IMG/VR virus record: IMGVR_UViG_3300045988_165974
Coordinates: 1-64,000 of that record
Direction: 5' to 3' (one strand)
From: a virus
DNA: 64,000 nt
Positions 62,808 to 64,000 of this stretch are shown one piece after another (the stretch's first letter is position 1; the number at the start of each line of letters is the position of its first letter). Made by a program: the position numbers and the translations under genes. Under the pieces are notes generated by a model. It did no database searches and was not told the DNA's origin. It saw only the letters and a program-made list of their open reading frames with translations.

Positions 62808-62914
62808 ATGAGGGGACTTTAAAAGTCCCATATGGTAACAAGAGTCAACCTCCCCGTGGTGTTACTGGATAACCAACTAATGACTCAAATATAATAAAGT
62901 AAAGGGGATTAAAG
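62808..62914 (+). repeat. structured intergenic cassette, copy 2
   Basis: GGGACTTTAAAAGTCCC (62813-62829), stem GTAACA...TGTTAC around AGAGTCAACCTCCCCGTGG (62834-62868), and RBS AAAGGGGAT. Confidence 0.6.
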
Positions 62915-63256
62915 ATGATGTTAAAAGAAAAATTAAACGAAATGAAAGCTAATTCAGAAGGAATAAAACTATTTGTAATTGACGATATTTTAAAATTCAA
63001 CGAAAGTGATGACGATATAAAAGCATATATTAACGATGCATTAACTTATGGTTGTTCTAGTGGTTGTGTATCTTGTTTAATCTACTATGTAGATACTCAA
63101 AAATTCTTTGATAAATATCAAGACGAAATTCTTGAAATGCTTGAAAATGCTAAAGTTGAATATGGAATAACTTTCGAAATTAATTCAAATAATCTAGCAT
63201 GGTTTGGCTATGAAGAGACTTTACGAAACATAGCAACTGAATTAGGTATTTGGTAA
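62915..63256 (+). CDS. hypothetical early protein
   Basis: 113-aa ORF after the AAAGGGGATTAAAG RBS. Confidence 0.5.
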   Translation: MMLKEKLNEMKANSEGIKLFVIDDILKFNESDDDIKAYINDALTYGCSSGCVSCLIYYVDTQKFFDKYQDEILEMLENAKVEYGITFEINSNNLAWFGYEETLRNIATELGIW

Positions 63257-63374
63257 AATGAAGGGACTTTTAAAGTCCCTAAATGATAACAAGAGTTTAC
63301 CTCCCCGTGGTGTTATTGGAAACAAGGAAACTTGGCTAAAAACTCAAATTTAAGATAAAAAGGGGATAAAAAAG
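63257..63374 (+). repeat. structured intergenic cassette, copy 3
   Basis: GGGACTTTTAAAGTCCC (63263-63279), stem ATAACA...TGTTAT around AGAGTTTACCTCCCCGTGG (63285-63319), then AAATTTAAGATAAAAAGGGGATAAAAAAG-ATG. Confidence 0.6.
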
Positions 63375-63929
63375 ATGATGAAAAATTTAGTAAATTTAAA
63401 CGAGTTTGAATTGAATAGGGATAATGTAAAAGCTATACTTGAAAATAATTCAGAGTTTAGAAATAGCCTTGAAAGTGATTATTTTGATAGTGAAGTTTAT
63501 TATTATACAACTGAGTTATTAGACAGAATAGATGGCATAAACTGGAGAATAGATTTTGGTTCAGTTGAAATTTGGAAAGGTTTTAGCTCAAATATACTTG
63601 ATATTGTAAAAAGCATATTAGATATTGATTATTTCTTTATAAATGATACGGATATTCTTTTACAAAAATTAGAAGTTTTCTATAATGCTTTATACACTTG
63701 TCCACAGTATGGTAATCGTTTCGATAGACTAGAAGGAAGAACAGAGCAACTTTTAGAAATATTATTTACTAAAATAGAAGATAGCATTAAATCAAGTTTA
63801 GATTACATGGATGATATTGATAATCTTACAGACTGGTATATTGATTCAGGCTATGATGAAAGTTTAACTTGGAGTGGAATGTATATCAATCCAAAGACTT
63901 TCGAATTGTACGAGTTAAAACATTTATAG
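63375..63929 (+). CDS. hypothetical early protein
   Basis: 184-aa acidic ORF. Confidence 0.5.
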   Translation: MMKNLVNLNEFELNRDNVKAILENNSEFRNSLESDYFDSEVYYYTTELLDRIDGINWRIDFGSVEIWKGFSSNILDIVKSILDIDYFFINDTDILLQKLEVFYNALYTCPQYGNRFDRLEGRTEQLLEILFTKIEDSIKSSLDYMDDIDNLTDWYIDSGYDESLTWSGMYINPKTFELYELKHL

Positions 63930-64000
63930 AAATGAAGGTAAAAATCATGACAAGGGCTGCGGTCCTTGTCTATTTGTAAACCTACCGAGGGCGGTCCAAA
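63930..64000 (+). repeat. structured intergenic cassette, diverged copy 4 (cut by the window edge)
   Basis: Hairpin GACAAGG-(8)-CCTTGTC (63949-63970), then AAACCTACCGAGGGCGGT, which resembles the ACCTCCCCGTGGTG box. Confidence 0.4.

Overview
Strongly AT-rich (by eye over 70% A+T) segment of a tailed phage, probably a plasmid-prophage of a low-GC Gram-positive host. Layout: (i) 1-41.9 kb holds a minus-strand late module with terS, terL, portal, protease/scaffold, major capsid, connectors, major tail, tape measure, Dit, a multi-enzyme tail lysin, fibres and a GH25 lysin. (ii) 41.9-47.2 kb is a tRNA/ncRNA island. (iii) 47.2-58 kb holds minus-strand small accessory, replication and regulatory genes. 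(iv) 58.1-59.5 kb is a ParM/ParR/parC-type partition cassette. (v) 59.4-62.0 kb is a 2.65-kb ORF-free, repeat-rich control region. (vi) 62.0-64.0 kb holds plus-strand small early genes separated by a repeated structured cassette. Main observations: terL and the tape measure gene are each split into four exons by three group-I-like introns carrying homing endonucleases (HEs): two LAGLIDADG, one GIY-YIG and three zinc-ribbon/PD-(D/E)xK. Exon joins restore the P-loop RGLGKT and an ~2771-aa tape measure protein (TMP). Both OMEGA-type nucleases are present. A TnpB with a divergent ribbon-helix-helix (RHH) gene sits directly upstream of the capsid gene. An IscB with a structured upstream RNA sits inside the tRNA island. 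The tRNA island also holds a Ro60/TROVE+vWA-like gene, five canonical tRNAs and several aberrant tRNA-like genes. Three of these have 45-75 nt inserts in the anticodon arm, one has a truncated anticodon arm, and one is a minihelix. A ~20-nt box (…CACATACAGCAAT…) is present in nine copies; the inserts carry it and the IscB module is flanked by it. This island is the best candidate for an undescribed system. All calls come from reading the sequence and ORF translations. No database search, covariance model or folding program was run.
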